A stretch of DNA of 63,648 nt, counting the filler, from Choristocarpus tenellus KU-1152 (Eukaryota; Protista; Phaeophyceae), in NCBI GenBank assembly GCA_964200185.2. It is 9 parts of 9 records of this genome, joined end to end, with 100 filler letters (N's around TTAATTAATTAA, not from the genome) between each part and the next. Parts side by side here need not be neighbours in the genome. Positions count along the whole stretch, not along the records: positions 25,472 to 47,356 come from CAXNAD020000319.1; 8 more parts are not named here. One strand, written 5' to 3'. Shown in pieces: positions 25,472 through 38,200 of the stretch. The translations under genes were made by a program, and so were the position numbers. Numbering within the stretch: position 1 is the stretch's first letter; each line of letters starts with the position of its first letter. The notes under the pieces were generated by a model, which saw only the letters and a list, made by a program, of their open reading frames with translations, was not told the origin of the DNA and ran no database searches.

Positions 25472-25532
25472 GTATACCGGTGTATTGCATACGGCAATAA
25501 CGGTATAATAACAGGCAAACATGCTTTCCACA
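25472..25532 (-). mobile_element. Terminal fragment of the same LTR family
   Basis: GGCAATAACGGTATAATAACAGGCAAACATGCTTTCCACA nearly matches 8051-8090. Confidence 0.85.
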
Positions 25533-27243
25533 CACACCCTGTTCCTTACGTCTGGGCCGTTAAGCTCTACCTCTTCAGGATGACCGCCTCTGATTACAAA
25601 CAGACTTTTGCGATGGATTCCTTGAAAAAAAAAACATTAACAAAATTAATTTCAGACAATTCTACAAAGGATTCTGTTCTGAAAGGGTTCCAAAAGAATT
25701 GGAACATAGAATTGGGCATATTCTTATCATTTTTTATTGTTCCTACTGCAGCGTGGAGCCGCACAACACTCTGACATCCCCCATGGCGAGCCCCCACAGG
25801 CCATCGTCTCTTGTACGAAGCCTACTGTCTCGGGGAAAGAGCTGCAAGCTGACCGAGGAAGCTCAGATTGCACTTGCTTTGCTTTACGCTTGGCTCTTCC
25901 ACTGGGTCATGAGAGTCTCTTGAGGGGTGTGGTGTCTAAATTGCAAAAACGTTTGGAGTGGAAGAGAAACACCCTAGTCGGGTGCGGTCGCATGTCAAAG
26001 AACAGTTAGACAGGGGAGACACTGTCTCCCTGAAATCACAAGAAAAATCTGACAGCTGTCGGACTTCACGCCAATGAAACAAGTGAAGATCCAGGAAATC
26101 AACACTGGTAATCACACGCTGACTATTGACCAACATTCTGCCAAGTTCACTGAAGTAAACCTTGCAGTCGGCAGCTCAAAGCTTCATCGCTGGCTCAAAG
26201 CTTCATCGCTGGCTCAAAGCCATGGGGGAAATGAGGGTTGAGCGGTGCGTCACCCCTAGCCTTTCGTTTTCTCACAAGAAGGACAGGTTGGACGTCATCC
26301 TCAACCAGATTTCCCACAAGAGCAAAACCTACAGGACTGGCCTCAACACCATTCACATTGACGAGGTGTGGTTCTTCATCATCCACGAACGATTGATGGT
26401 GCGAATGTTCCTGGGCGAGGAAAAGGTGGACTCAATGAACGTGCAGCACAAGAGTCACATTCCGAAAGTAATGTTCATCTCCGCTGTACCACGCCCTGAT
26501 TGTTCCCATGATTTCAACAGCAAGATCAGGATTTGGCAAGTTTACGTCACAAAGGAGGCTCAACGGACTACAGTGCAACACATAAAGAGCGAGGAGTAAG
26601 AGGTCGACATCACCGTCGACACCGAGTGGTACATGGAGCAGCTGTTGCCAGCGATCAAGGAAAAATGCTGTGGCTGGAATCAACAGCAGGACAGCACATC
26701 CCCACATATGGGTAAGGGCACGGTGCAGGAACTGAACAGAGCAGGGATGGGGGAGAGATGGAACAGTAAGCTTGTAATGCAGCGAGTGCAGTCACCCGAC
26801 TCTCAACATCAATGATTTTGGGGGTTTTGCATACCTGCAGAGCAGGGTTTGGACGGAGCGTTACAGCACCGTTGATGAAGTTGTAGAAAGGGGTTCAAGC
26901 ATGTTTCACACGTACGGCACAAACGCGCTCGAGAGGGTGTGGCAGAGCCTGTTTAAAAGGTACATTCAGGTGTTAAGGGCTCCAGGGGGAAGAGATCTCG
27001 AGGTAGAGCACAATGGGACCAAAAAAAGGTAGTGAGAGGGCAGGTTGGCTAGATCAGTCAAAGTAGACCGAGCAGGCTCAGCAGTGGCCCTGGATTGGTG
27101 GGTTAATGGTGTCGAATAAAGGTGAGATGTAGATTTTTAATATAAAATATTCCAAGAAATCCAACGAAAAGGTCCGTTTTGTAATTGGAGGTTCATCCCG
27201 AAGAGCTATAAATTAATGACCCAGACCTATGGGACAGAGGGAG
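25533..27243 (+). mobile_element. Tc1/mariner DD39D (plant-mariner/Stowaway-type) transposon, full-length but pseudogenised
   Basis: IHIDEVWFF, HKSHIPKVMFISAVPRP, LLPAIKEK, QQDSTSPH and QSPD. The right TIR ...GGGACAGAGGGAG is followed by TA, and a degenerate left TIR lies at 25533-25563. Stops, frameshifts and a 19-bp duplication near 26174-26220. Confidence 0.9.
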
Positions 27244-29884
27244 TAGGTCATTGATATCAACCCTCATTTTGAGTAGGTTTCTGTTTAGTCAATGGCATAG
27301 TACAGCCAAGAGAAACCTGTTGTTGACAGATAATACATGTGAAATTAACTGTGCCGTTCGGGGAGTATATGCATATTATAAAAAGTAGCTGCACAGTTCC
27401 CCGTTTCGAGAATGAAGGGTAATGCGTTTCAAGTTGGACAGGATACGCAGGGGCCTTAAAGACTCTTGGGCTAGGATGGAACAATAGTTGTATGAACATT
27501 GGTTTTTAGGGGCAGTGTCACAGGGGGCCTTTTGCATTGTTCATATTTTATTCTTAGAAAGAAGTATTTTGTATACAGGGTAGGTTGGTCAGTGCGACAC
27601 TGAGCGTCAAAGGCTCTCAAGGACGGGCATCAGCAAGCACCTGACCAACCATTGTTTAGCTGTCACGTGGTTGGCGTGTGTGACTGGATGATGTTGGCAG
27701 GTCTCATTGAGGGTACCATTCTGGATAGGTACGTCCAGGAGACCATTTTGCTATGTGATGCGAGGCATTGTGTATTCAGTTGTTTGTGTGTGTGCGCGCA
27801 CGCGCGCGCGTGTGTGTGTGTGTATGCCGACCTTTTATCATCTACGTAATATGTCCTTTCTGTGCGTGGATGGTACCATGAAAGTGTAAGTATATGTTAC
27901 CCGTGTGACGTATCAGTGCGGTAGCTTTCTGAAAACACCACGCCCATCCCCCCTCCAGTCATCAGTCAGAAGCTGGCATGCGGTCATTTCATGCCCCATC
28001 TTCGTGGATGAACCCCTTGAACTGATCTGCAATGGGCGTGAATGGATCGGTTCTTAACTTGGATATCTCCCTTCACCCCAGGGTAAAGTCAGAATATTCT
28101 CCTTCCACCCAACTGCCATGGTCAAATGCGCTGGAGCGTTGGGCTCACATCTGTGCCAGGTTGTCTCAGCATGGTTGTCATATTTTTGCAGAGTTCTCAA
28201 AGCGACCATCCTGAATGGCAACGCCGTAGGACTTGAAGTGTAGAGGCGATGACGCAAAGTCGTGTAACCCTTTTGTTTTGTTTGTCGTGGCGCTTATATC
28301 TTATGGTGAAAGGACTTGGAGAGGTTTTGCAAAGGTGTTACCGAGGTGTGCCTGCACGTCAAATTTTACGTTTGTCTTGGCTACTTTCCGCTAATGAGGG
28401 TATAGCATTGCTTCTAATGTCCCTGCTGTTGCAGTTTGGGTTTTGCATTTAGGTTGTACACACCAAAACATATCAAATATTGCAACATAGTATTGAAAGA
28501 TATCCATAACCACATAGTTCGGTCTACTTGTTCTTCTCACACAAGGACAGACACCGGAACACAGAGGAGTTCACATCTAGCACGGATTTCATCCTCGCAT
28601 TTGATTCTGCTTACGCTACTGGAGTTCCTGCAAACAGCAGTATTTTGTTCTATCTTATTTAAAGAATTTCAAGTAGTAAAACACAAAAGAAACAATACAC
28701 GAGCAATAAGCCAAACCATATCGTTATCCGCTCCAATACGGCATTTGCCATATATTTGTGTATGTGTTGTTGCGGGAATTTGGGTAGGTGGGCATAACTT
28801 GAAAATCTGTGTCTCAATAACTGAGAAATGTTTGTTGGTGTTAAAGGTAGCAGAGGCCTGCTACAAGTCGTAACTTCTAATGTGCATGAGTCCTTGACGT
28901 TCCATAGCACATACTTAAGTGTAATGGACAGCGACCCCAATGTAACTACTAATTAGCGAACTTGTTGAGCTTATCTATTCCGTGGACTGATGTCACTATT
29001 ATACATACATACACATGTACATGAAGAGCATACGAACATAACACACAAAGTAGCAAGTGTTCTGGGTCAACCACCATTCCAGTCTCCTCAATAATGTGAT
29101 ATATAGTAGGGTACTTGGGAGGGGCATCCTTCTTGCATGACGAGAACAGAAGAAGGTTCACCAAACAAAAGTTACAGATGAGGCAGGCGTTGAGAATTTG
29201 GATAGCTAGATCCGTCTGTGTTTGTTTCTCCAAAGAGACAACCCTTCCATATCCCCAACTTACATGATGCCAGCAATACTCAATGTCGTGAACAAGGCAT
29301 AGAAACTACAACAATATATGAATGGACAATTCCCGTGACGATATAGACTATGCTAATTAAAATATACGCCTGGAAGTGAAAAGTTTCAGAAACAATGGGG
29401 ATCGTGCTCTACTGCAATAGCAGTACTACTGCAACAATGCCCATCAGAGGATGCTGGTCAGGAAATTGTTTTCTAATGCATTACTTACTCGATAACACAC
29501 CAGTAATTACAACATATATATAACTACTATCAATACACCTGATTCCTGTTTCACGAACACCTAATATGGAATTCGGCGACCTTGTGGAAAGTATAATTTA
29601 TTTGTCGGAATATGTACTTTGGAGAGGAGTGATAATAATAGTCCAGCGGTGGCACAGGTGCCTGTTTTGAATATCTAGTGCTAGAGGTGCTATTTTAATG
29701 GTAACTGCTTCACACTGGGGCTATATATTTTGGCAATTGTTATCAATCAAATTGTGTTAATGAACTTGAAAATTATTTTTGGGATACATACTGAAACAAA
29801 TAGAGACCAAAGAGTATCAATAACATAACGAGGTATACTTCTACTATGACAAAATATTATTATATGTTCCCCTCAGAACACACT

Positions 29885-30630
29885 GGGGTCAATGTGGACA
29901 AGGGGCAAAAGCATGGGCCTCAACACAATCCCCGGAGCCAGCATGCCAGATCCTCTTCGAGTTCAAACTCACTGCCAGCAGATCCCTGGGGGGTGAGGAG
30001 GCCTTATCAAACAGGTGCCCGGTAACTGGTTGCAGGAGACAGAGTGTAGACACCAGACATGCCAGCACCTGCCCTAGAGCAGGAGGACAGGTTCACCAAC
30101 ACATGCCGATGGTGAAGCATCTGGGACAACTATGCAAAGGAATTGGCATCCCTTGCACTACGGAGGACGGCAGTTCATTTACTGTAGACAGGAATTTCCG
30201 CATGGGTCTGGTCTTCCATGCTGGTGCACTCGTGGATGCCGGTTCAGCTCCCTACAGAAACAAAGACCTCCTGGATGTTACGTTTGCTGAAGTGCAGGCA
30301 GCATCTCACCTGTCACACTCATCCACGAGCAATGATGGAGCTGCTGCTGCAGCTGAGGCACGAAAGCGCATCCACTACGATCCTCATAGTTATAACCTCA
30401 ACGCCTTTGCGGTGGAAAGTTTTGGACACCTCGGTAAGCAAGCGGAAAGTTTCCTGGATGAGCTACCTACTCACGTGGTAGGGGGGAGAGGAACTGGAGG
30501 CTACAGCAGGGAAAGGGCGATCAAATCCCACCTACGACAAATAGTCTCTGTTACAACGCAGGTGGCCCTGTCTAGACATGTCATGTGTCTTAAGCTGGAG
30601 ATACCAGGGAGATGGGCAAGGAGGGGCTTG
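29885..30630 (+). mobile_element. 3' fragment of an RLE-bearing non-LTR retrotransposon (CRE-like)
   Basis: GAKAW, zinc finger CPVTGC...HASTC, and endonuclease motifs RMG (D replaced by G), LLDVT, RKRIHY and AFAVESFGHLG. Confidence 0.8.
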
Positions 30631-32263
30631 TTAGATTATTGGGATGTTTTCCTCTGTCCTCACCCTGGGGTGAAGGAATAAGCTAGGTTGGAGGCAAAGG
30701 AAGGCAGTGGTACAGCATAGCTGGTACTGAAATAGTAAATAGATGGATGTCTTTCACATTTTACTACAACAGGTACTTTTTTAGGGATCTTTCTGTAGTT
30801 TTCATTGGTTTTCCCCTGACACATCTGGAAAATGTCAGAGGGCATAACAATATGACACGCATTTTTTAAAAGTAGCGACGATGAGTACAGTCACTGAAAT
30901 CATATCCACGCCCACAAAACGGATCAGAGAGAGGGGGGTCGAAAACCAATGGATTCCTCGTTAAGAATAGGCCCCAAGTCAAACCAACTGAGTGGTAGTA
31001 AGGGTTGCATTTTAAGGATTGTAAGAAAAGGCAAAAATACAACATTTTGGACAATTAGAGAAAGAGCATCTGCTGAAATGTGGTGTCACTTTGTGTGTTT
31101 TGGGTCAAGCCCATCCTCAATGAAAAGCTCCATCCTCAATTTTTGAAATCGGCTGTTAAAGGGGGAATATCAATTTTGCGTACACCATTGTGTGAATAAA
31201 GTAATGAAATAGAGTGCATTGCATAGGGTATGAAAAATGACTTAGAGAGCAAGAGAGTCCAAACCTGCCTACCTCTCAATTGGTTTGAATTCTTATTGGT
31301 CATGTCTACTTTGTCTTTAATCCGTCAAGTACAAACGTAGTACAGGTTTAAATGATTAGGTGGTTGATGCAATCTGATAGGCAAACACAGCTTGTTCTGG
31401 CGAATTGACACTCCTGTCTACGATACGACTTTACTGACACATTTATTATTAATGCGTACACATTGCCACCACCATTCCTAGTAACCTCTATAAAAATCAT
31501 GGTTTTATGATCTATTCACAAGTAGGGCAATCTGCTACACTCGCTAAATGATTGTGTTTTAGAGTACCTAGAAAAATAGTTCCCAAGGCAGAATGTTACA
31601 CGCACTCACAAGAAACGTGTTCTGGACAGTGAAAATATATTAGTAGGTAGTTTGGCTGCCACTTGATGTGGGTAGTTGTAGATATCGGAACACATATATA
31701 TTCTTCCTTACAATGTGAAAGTTTACATTGGTTATGACTTTCTGTGGGTTGAGGAAGGAAACATCCAGTCAGGACAAGGTTTGTATGGTGCCACGTACAT
31801 GATGTCATATGATGGTTGCACTGTCAACCATATCACAGATCATGCGAGCACTTTAGGTAGTTGCAATTTTGTAATTGGCATGTAAGAGTGGAGGCTTGTT
31901 GAAGGTAAGAATTGGAACAACTTCCTGTGTAGAGGAGAGGTGTGACGACAAAGGTCTAACCATGGGAGGCGTTCTAATTCCAATTCTTCAATAAACAAAA
32001 TCCTATACACATGTAACATGTCTTGTACCAAAGTTGAGGAAGTCAGTGTCGGCAACAAATCAACTCCAATCCCCTCCAACTTGCAGTTACCTGGAGGTGA
32101 CAAGTGAAACAGAAGCGTGGAGTGTAGCATATCTGATCGTTGAAGAGAACCATGAGGTTGTCTTCGATATTGATTGGCGGGACCGCCTTGAGCGTAGGTG
32201 AGCCCGTTTGTACTCTGTGTGCTTGCTTCTCCGCTGCCACCTTTCTGACACTGATCATTGTAC

Positions 32264-35200
32264 ATGGGTTTTTGGACAGGGTTTGTGATTTTCTTTAAGG
32301 TTGGTGGTGAATTCAGGTGTCTCCACATCTTCGATATATTGCCTTTTTCGCGAACAACTGGGTCCTCCTTGCCCAGGTACTTGTCATCATACCTCTTGCG
32401 ATCTCATTTTCCTCCCCCCCTGCAACTTGTACCCACCGATGGTGATTTCTCTACAACTAGCTGACGGATTCGTATCGAATGGACTCCTGGCTACGTCGAA
32501 GGGGGCCTTGGGTGCGCAAGTATATGGGCGATCTGTCCTTCACCAAGTTCCTTCATCTCCATTCGCAACAGGAAAAAGCACGACCGTCCTAAACGCGGAA
32601 ATGACCGACGAGGAGTTCGCACAGGATCAGGTATAAGAGTCGTCGTCAGAGCTAATCGAAGAGGTGGTATTACGAGCTTGACTGGGATAGGGGGGTTGAA
32701 GATGGCGGAGATGAGCGAAGACTACACCTCGTACGTATAGTTGGAAATGCACGTGCGTGATTGGACATTGTGTCGGGCGGTGCAGTGTCTATTTCATTAA
32801 TTGACCATAGATTCGTAAAGACGAGACAAGGTTGTAGCAATACCTGCCCTTTCAATAACTGAAAAATATCCCTTAAGACGATGAAGCACCAACTACCGGA
32901 ACGGTATTTGTAAAACAGTCAAATGTCCGCACATGATCACTTCGTGTAGGCGCTGATTGCGAGGGTGGCGATGGAGGTTCAAGAAGAAACGGGAGTGGAA
33001 CTTGAACAGCTAATCAACCCCTTCAAGGTATCACTCCCATTCCCTGAGCATGTGTTGATATGTTGACTGTGCCAACGAGGTGACTGTATAATATCGGTTC
33101 ACCTCACTCTTCAATACTGTAAGAGGTGTTGGACTTTCAAGGGAACAGGACATTTATGCTTTGAATCTTTCCCATACTTCAATGCATTTTTTAAAATCTA
33201 TTACGGATAGAAGTGTGAGTGCAACCCCACAAATCCCTGACCCCAGCTTCAACCCATACTTGGATCTACTGCTCACCTCTAACCCTGGCACTAACCACAA
33301 TGACTTCGATCCTCGCAAAACCAACCCTGGCCACCCCTGCTTGTGACTAAGGTATCTTTCGTTTATATGTTAGATGTCTCTCTTGACATAGGGTTAGGGT
33401 TAGGGTTAGGGTTAGACTTGCTAATATGTGCTTTGGACAATACATGTTGTGCTGTGGTGCGAACACCTATCCCCATTCCAGAGACCAGTTTTAACCTAGC
33501 CCCAACGACCTCAACTCCACACCATATCACATTCAAAGTGACAAAGGCCCTGGTGAGGTGGAAATTTTAAACAGCTGAAGACTCATTGCACAAAATGCTT
33601 GGTTCTTCCCCTCCCCCCTTCCCTCTCCCCTCCCACCTCCCACCTTCCACCTTACCCCCATTTACCTGTGATTTATCTCCCATTTACATGAACTCCCATG
33701 GGGTGCAATGTTACCAACCACATCAACCACAACATCCAACTTCGTGACAACCCTTTCTGTCTTATCGGCTGGCGTGCTAACTGGGTGGATGAACGATGGT
33801 TTTGTGGGTGTGTGGGTGTGTGGGCATATTTGTGGGTGAATGACATAATGGTCATCTTCAACAAATGGATGGATGGATGGATGGATGGATGGCCTCATCT
33901 CGTGCGGAAAGGTTGTAAATCTTGAGAGAGACCTTGTAAAGCTCCGGGCTGCTCTGGAGGATGGACCAAGCACAGCACGCAGGGAGGAGATAGAAGCGGT
34001 ATACATTGATAGAGTAGTAGTAGCAGTAGTAGGGATAGGGATAGGGGTAGTCAATATAGGGCAAGGTATATTTTTATCCCCAACATGTGTTTATTTGTTG
34101 CACTGGATGTATGGCTAGACTTCGTAATTCAACCTCTTTCAAGTATTCTGCTGCTGCTATGATGCCACCCTTGTGAACATGTGAACTGCCTAGCCATGTC
34201 TCGAAGTGTGTACGGTTGTTGGGTGTGTACACATCCAGCTGTGACGAAACTGGCACCCGTTTTCTCGCAGGCACAGAATATCACAAGAAGCAGAACCTGA
34301 GCATGTTTTCATGACACCACTATCATGGGGCCTGTCACCTAGAGGTGGCAACTCACTCCAGTGGTACAGTACTTCATTTTTTGTGTTTCAGTTGTACATG
34401 AGGATGAATGTCTGGAGTATCACCAGGGCTCATCTGCACTAGCTCTTGAAAGAGGCGTTTACTGAGGGCATGAAACTTGTTTTGATCCTTCGGTAGACGC
34501 GTCACAAACCTTTGTCGGAGTGGGCTGAATCAACTAGCATGTGGCGATGCAATATTGGCTAGTTCCTTGACCGTTTCAAAGCTCTACTGTTACACTTCAC
34601 CACATTAGTGTACTTGCTGGGTGAATAACACTCCAGAACTGTGAAGTGTGTGTTGATGCTTTTTCTTTTTTTTTTATGCCTGCCGGGTGACACGTTCGAT
34701 TCAGTTGTCGGGTGGCACTCTTTGGAGTTGTTTCGTGAAAATTTTTTCACTGGGTTGTTCCCTTCTTCGACCTCCTCCGTGCAATCTCATGTCTTTCAGA
34801 GCTCTTTTCCGTACGTGTGTCACCTGTTGGCGTTACCTCGACCAGCTTGCAGGACGTACTCCAAATCGTTTACGTAAGTGAAGTTAAGTGTGTCTTTTTG
34901 AGGACAAGCCAGAGGTTCCCACCAACGAGATTTGGCACAGTCGGCAGATTGGTACGACTTTCTTTGTTTTACCGCCAGCATACCTATATACCGATGTCAG
35001 TATATACTCGATAACCTCATACCGTGATTGGTTTGTTTTGCAGGCAGTTTGTTAAGTCGACCTGTTCCGATGACGCAATCGATTCTACATTCATGTCCCC
35101 ACTCGGAAGGCTCGTGAAAGCTTGCCAGAATGTTTTTCATACACACATGCACACACACACACACACGCACACACACACACGCACCGGCTTGTATTTCGCT

Positions 35201-38200
35201 GTGCTTGTCAGACGCACTATTAAGAGATCTCTCATCTTTCACAACGATTTACCCATTGGTATCACTTCAATGTACCCACTTGACGGAGGTCCCGTGGAGT
35301 CTTTCGAAAGTCTCTGTCTGTACACGGTCTGCACTGAATATCCCTAACACTTAAAAAAAACTCCCTTGCTATCGTTTTGCCATGAAGGCTTTGGTAAGTC
35401 CGTTGGTCTCGTGTAGTCGCACTCGCTGGGTGTGCTCCAGTCCCTGGAAGTGCGCCGGTATGATTTTAAGTGGGCCGTTTGATTGGCCCACGGAAAGAGC
35501 CCGCACGCTTGATATTCATGAAACTGCAGTACTTCCTCCTGTAACGACTTTGAGGCAAACAAATAACGGTTGACAAATGGCGGTCGCCTTCCTTCTTCTA
35601 GAAGCATTGGTCACGCGTCAAGTCTTTTTTCTTTTTGTCCTTTCAATTCTTGAGTGATTTGTTCATTGTTATTTTGTAATATGTTGTTTTTCCAGTGTGT
35701 GTTTGTGTGTGTGTGTGTTTTTTTTTCATACTTATCACACTGGACAAAGAGCGTTTTCTGAAGGCAGAGTAGGTGGGAAAGATTATGGCTTTAGAAGAAG
35801 CAAATGTATTCAAAACCTTGCCCCTCACCCACTGCAGAACGGGGACTTTAGTTGCTATTGTCGCATACAGGGGTTGCACATTATGTGTCAAGTCAGTGGG
35901 CACTGTACAAGAATAGAGGTCCTTAATTTCCTTATCTGAACCTTCTGAAGCTCAACGTACATCAAGTACATTTTTCGAAGTATGCCGAAGACTTTTTTTG
36001 CTTGCCCAATCACCCGTATTTCTTCGCAGAGCTCGTCTGCATTAGTTAAGGCAAGAATATATATTTTTTCAAAGCTCACTCAGAGGAGGCGTTTTCACTT
36101 GCTGAGAGCCGTACAGGTTGTTTGATCGCAATGTTTACTATTTGCATAGATGTGAAACTATCACTTTTGACCACTTTCTGAGTACTTTTTTCTAACAAAG
36201 ACATGTGATTCTGTGGGGCCTGATGCGCTCTTTATCACACCTGTTTCATCCCTTGTAGCACCTTGTCTCGCTTGCTGGGTTCACAATCCAATCTCAGGTG
36301 TCTGTTTGTAGCCTGTCATTTTATTGCACATGGTGATTTGACTTGCCGGGTTTGTTTGAAAGCCTGTTGGTGTGTATCTTACTTGGAATTGGTACCATGT
36401 CTTACTTGCTGGGGTGTGCAGTTCTCGAGAGTCTCCTGACAGTCTGTTGGTAGCACATCTTGCTCACCAGATGTGCTAGAGAGAGGGTAGAGAGTTTTGT
36501 GAGGTTCTGTCGATACATGCTTCATAATCTGTAAATATTGCTTCAACATGTGCTTTCCTAATGTACTCTGTGATCTCATGAAAGTCTGATGGTATTTGTT
36601 GGGGTTTTTTTTTTCATGATCTATTGGTACTTCTTCAATGAATTCTAGCTTGCATGTACTCTGGAGTATAGTGACAGTCTGTTGGTATTTGTTGCATCAC
36701 CTGTTGATATTACGGTACTACTTAGCACGTACTCACTAGTTGTACGATCTGAAGTGTCACAAATGTCTGTTGGTATGTGTGGATCACCTGTCTGTAGTTT
36801 TCGAAAACATTGCTGGGTGTGCTTGAGAGTCTTCCGGTGTAATGTTGGTATGTTTGACCTGTTGGTGGTGTAGTGGCCCAATTCGACTGCCAGTTGCAGG
36901 TATGGACTACTTGATGTTCTCGACAATGAATAAATCTCAGTGAAAGAGACATTTCATGCTTCATTGCATCAAAGCCTAATTCTGTGTACACACTTGTCTA
37001 TGAGTATCACTGATCCAACAAAGACATAGTTCTGCCACAATCCTCCCTCCCCCCCCCTTTCCCCCCCTCTTCATTACTCATCTTTTTACTATTCGGTTAT
37101 TTTGTNNNNNNNNNNCCCCGTCTCCCCCCCTCATCAATGCTACTGTTGATACAATTGGGATAGTTGGGATAATCCGGGCAGTTGTAACTGTCATCAGAAC
37201 AAGTACTCACGAAACATACAAACTATATCCAATACGCACGAGCAGACCAATAACCGACCAAGAACTCAACACTTCTCTCTCAACGCAGTCATGACTCTTC
37301 TTAAAATTATTTTGAGGGGAAGTCACTACGCCTGACAAGGTCAAGAATGCCAGCACGAAACAAAACAAATGAACCAAATGGTTTACAGTGGTAGTTGTCG
37401 TCAGTATCAGTTCATCTCTGTGTCGTTTGTCTTGCCCTTACCCCTCCGGATAAACCCAAACATCCATGTCCCCCACGTAACTGTTCCCAGTTGATGACTT
37501 TGTCGGTTCCTGGGGTTTTGACTTTGCCTATGGTACGTGTGCTCGTGCGTGTGTGCATTTATTTATTTTCTTTTCCAGGAAATAGCCAAGAAGGAGCAGT
37601 TGTTGGCAACTGAAAAGCGCTCGTACATGCAGCAGTGGCTGAAGCGAGTCTTTGTGGGCCAGGCGATCTTCACCACCATTTTGGGGGGATTCATGGCAAG
37701 TGCCCAACTGCGACAGGAAGAAGAGTAAGAAGCTGAAACAAATGACCACCCACGCCTTTTGGGTGGGTTATCACCGTTAGGGGCTTGGGATGGGGCTTGG
37801 GTTGGGGAAGGGCATTCGCAGAGATGCTGTTGTTGAGGGGGTTTTTGTGCTTGATGCCTATGCCTAACCCAGTAGTGTATCTGGTGATGACGATGGTATT
37901 GGGACTTCAAAAGGGAAAAGTGTGTATGCATGTGGGTGAGATGATTGTGAGTGACAGCGATGCCTTTTTAACGGATTGGGAAAGGGCGGCGAGATGTGGT
38001 TTGTGAAGAGATTTGTGTTTGGATGGGGGTGCACTCTCTTAAAAAAAAGAAGGAAGCAATTACTGCAGTCGAGAATAGCACGTAGCACTAGGGTTAGGGT
38101 TAGTCATAGATTCGAACGCGAGTTTTTGCATTAATTATTTATTCAAAAACGTTCTCTTTTACCATACCCCCCACAAGCGCCATGCCATGCGCACCGGATT

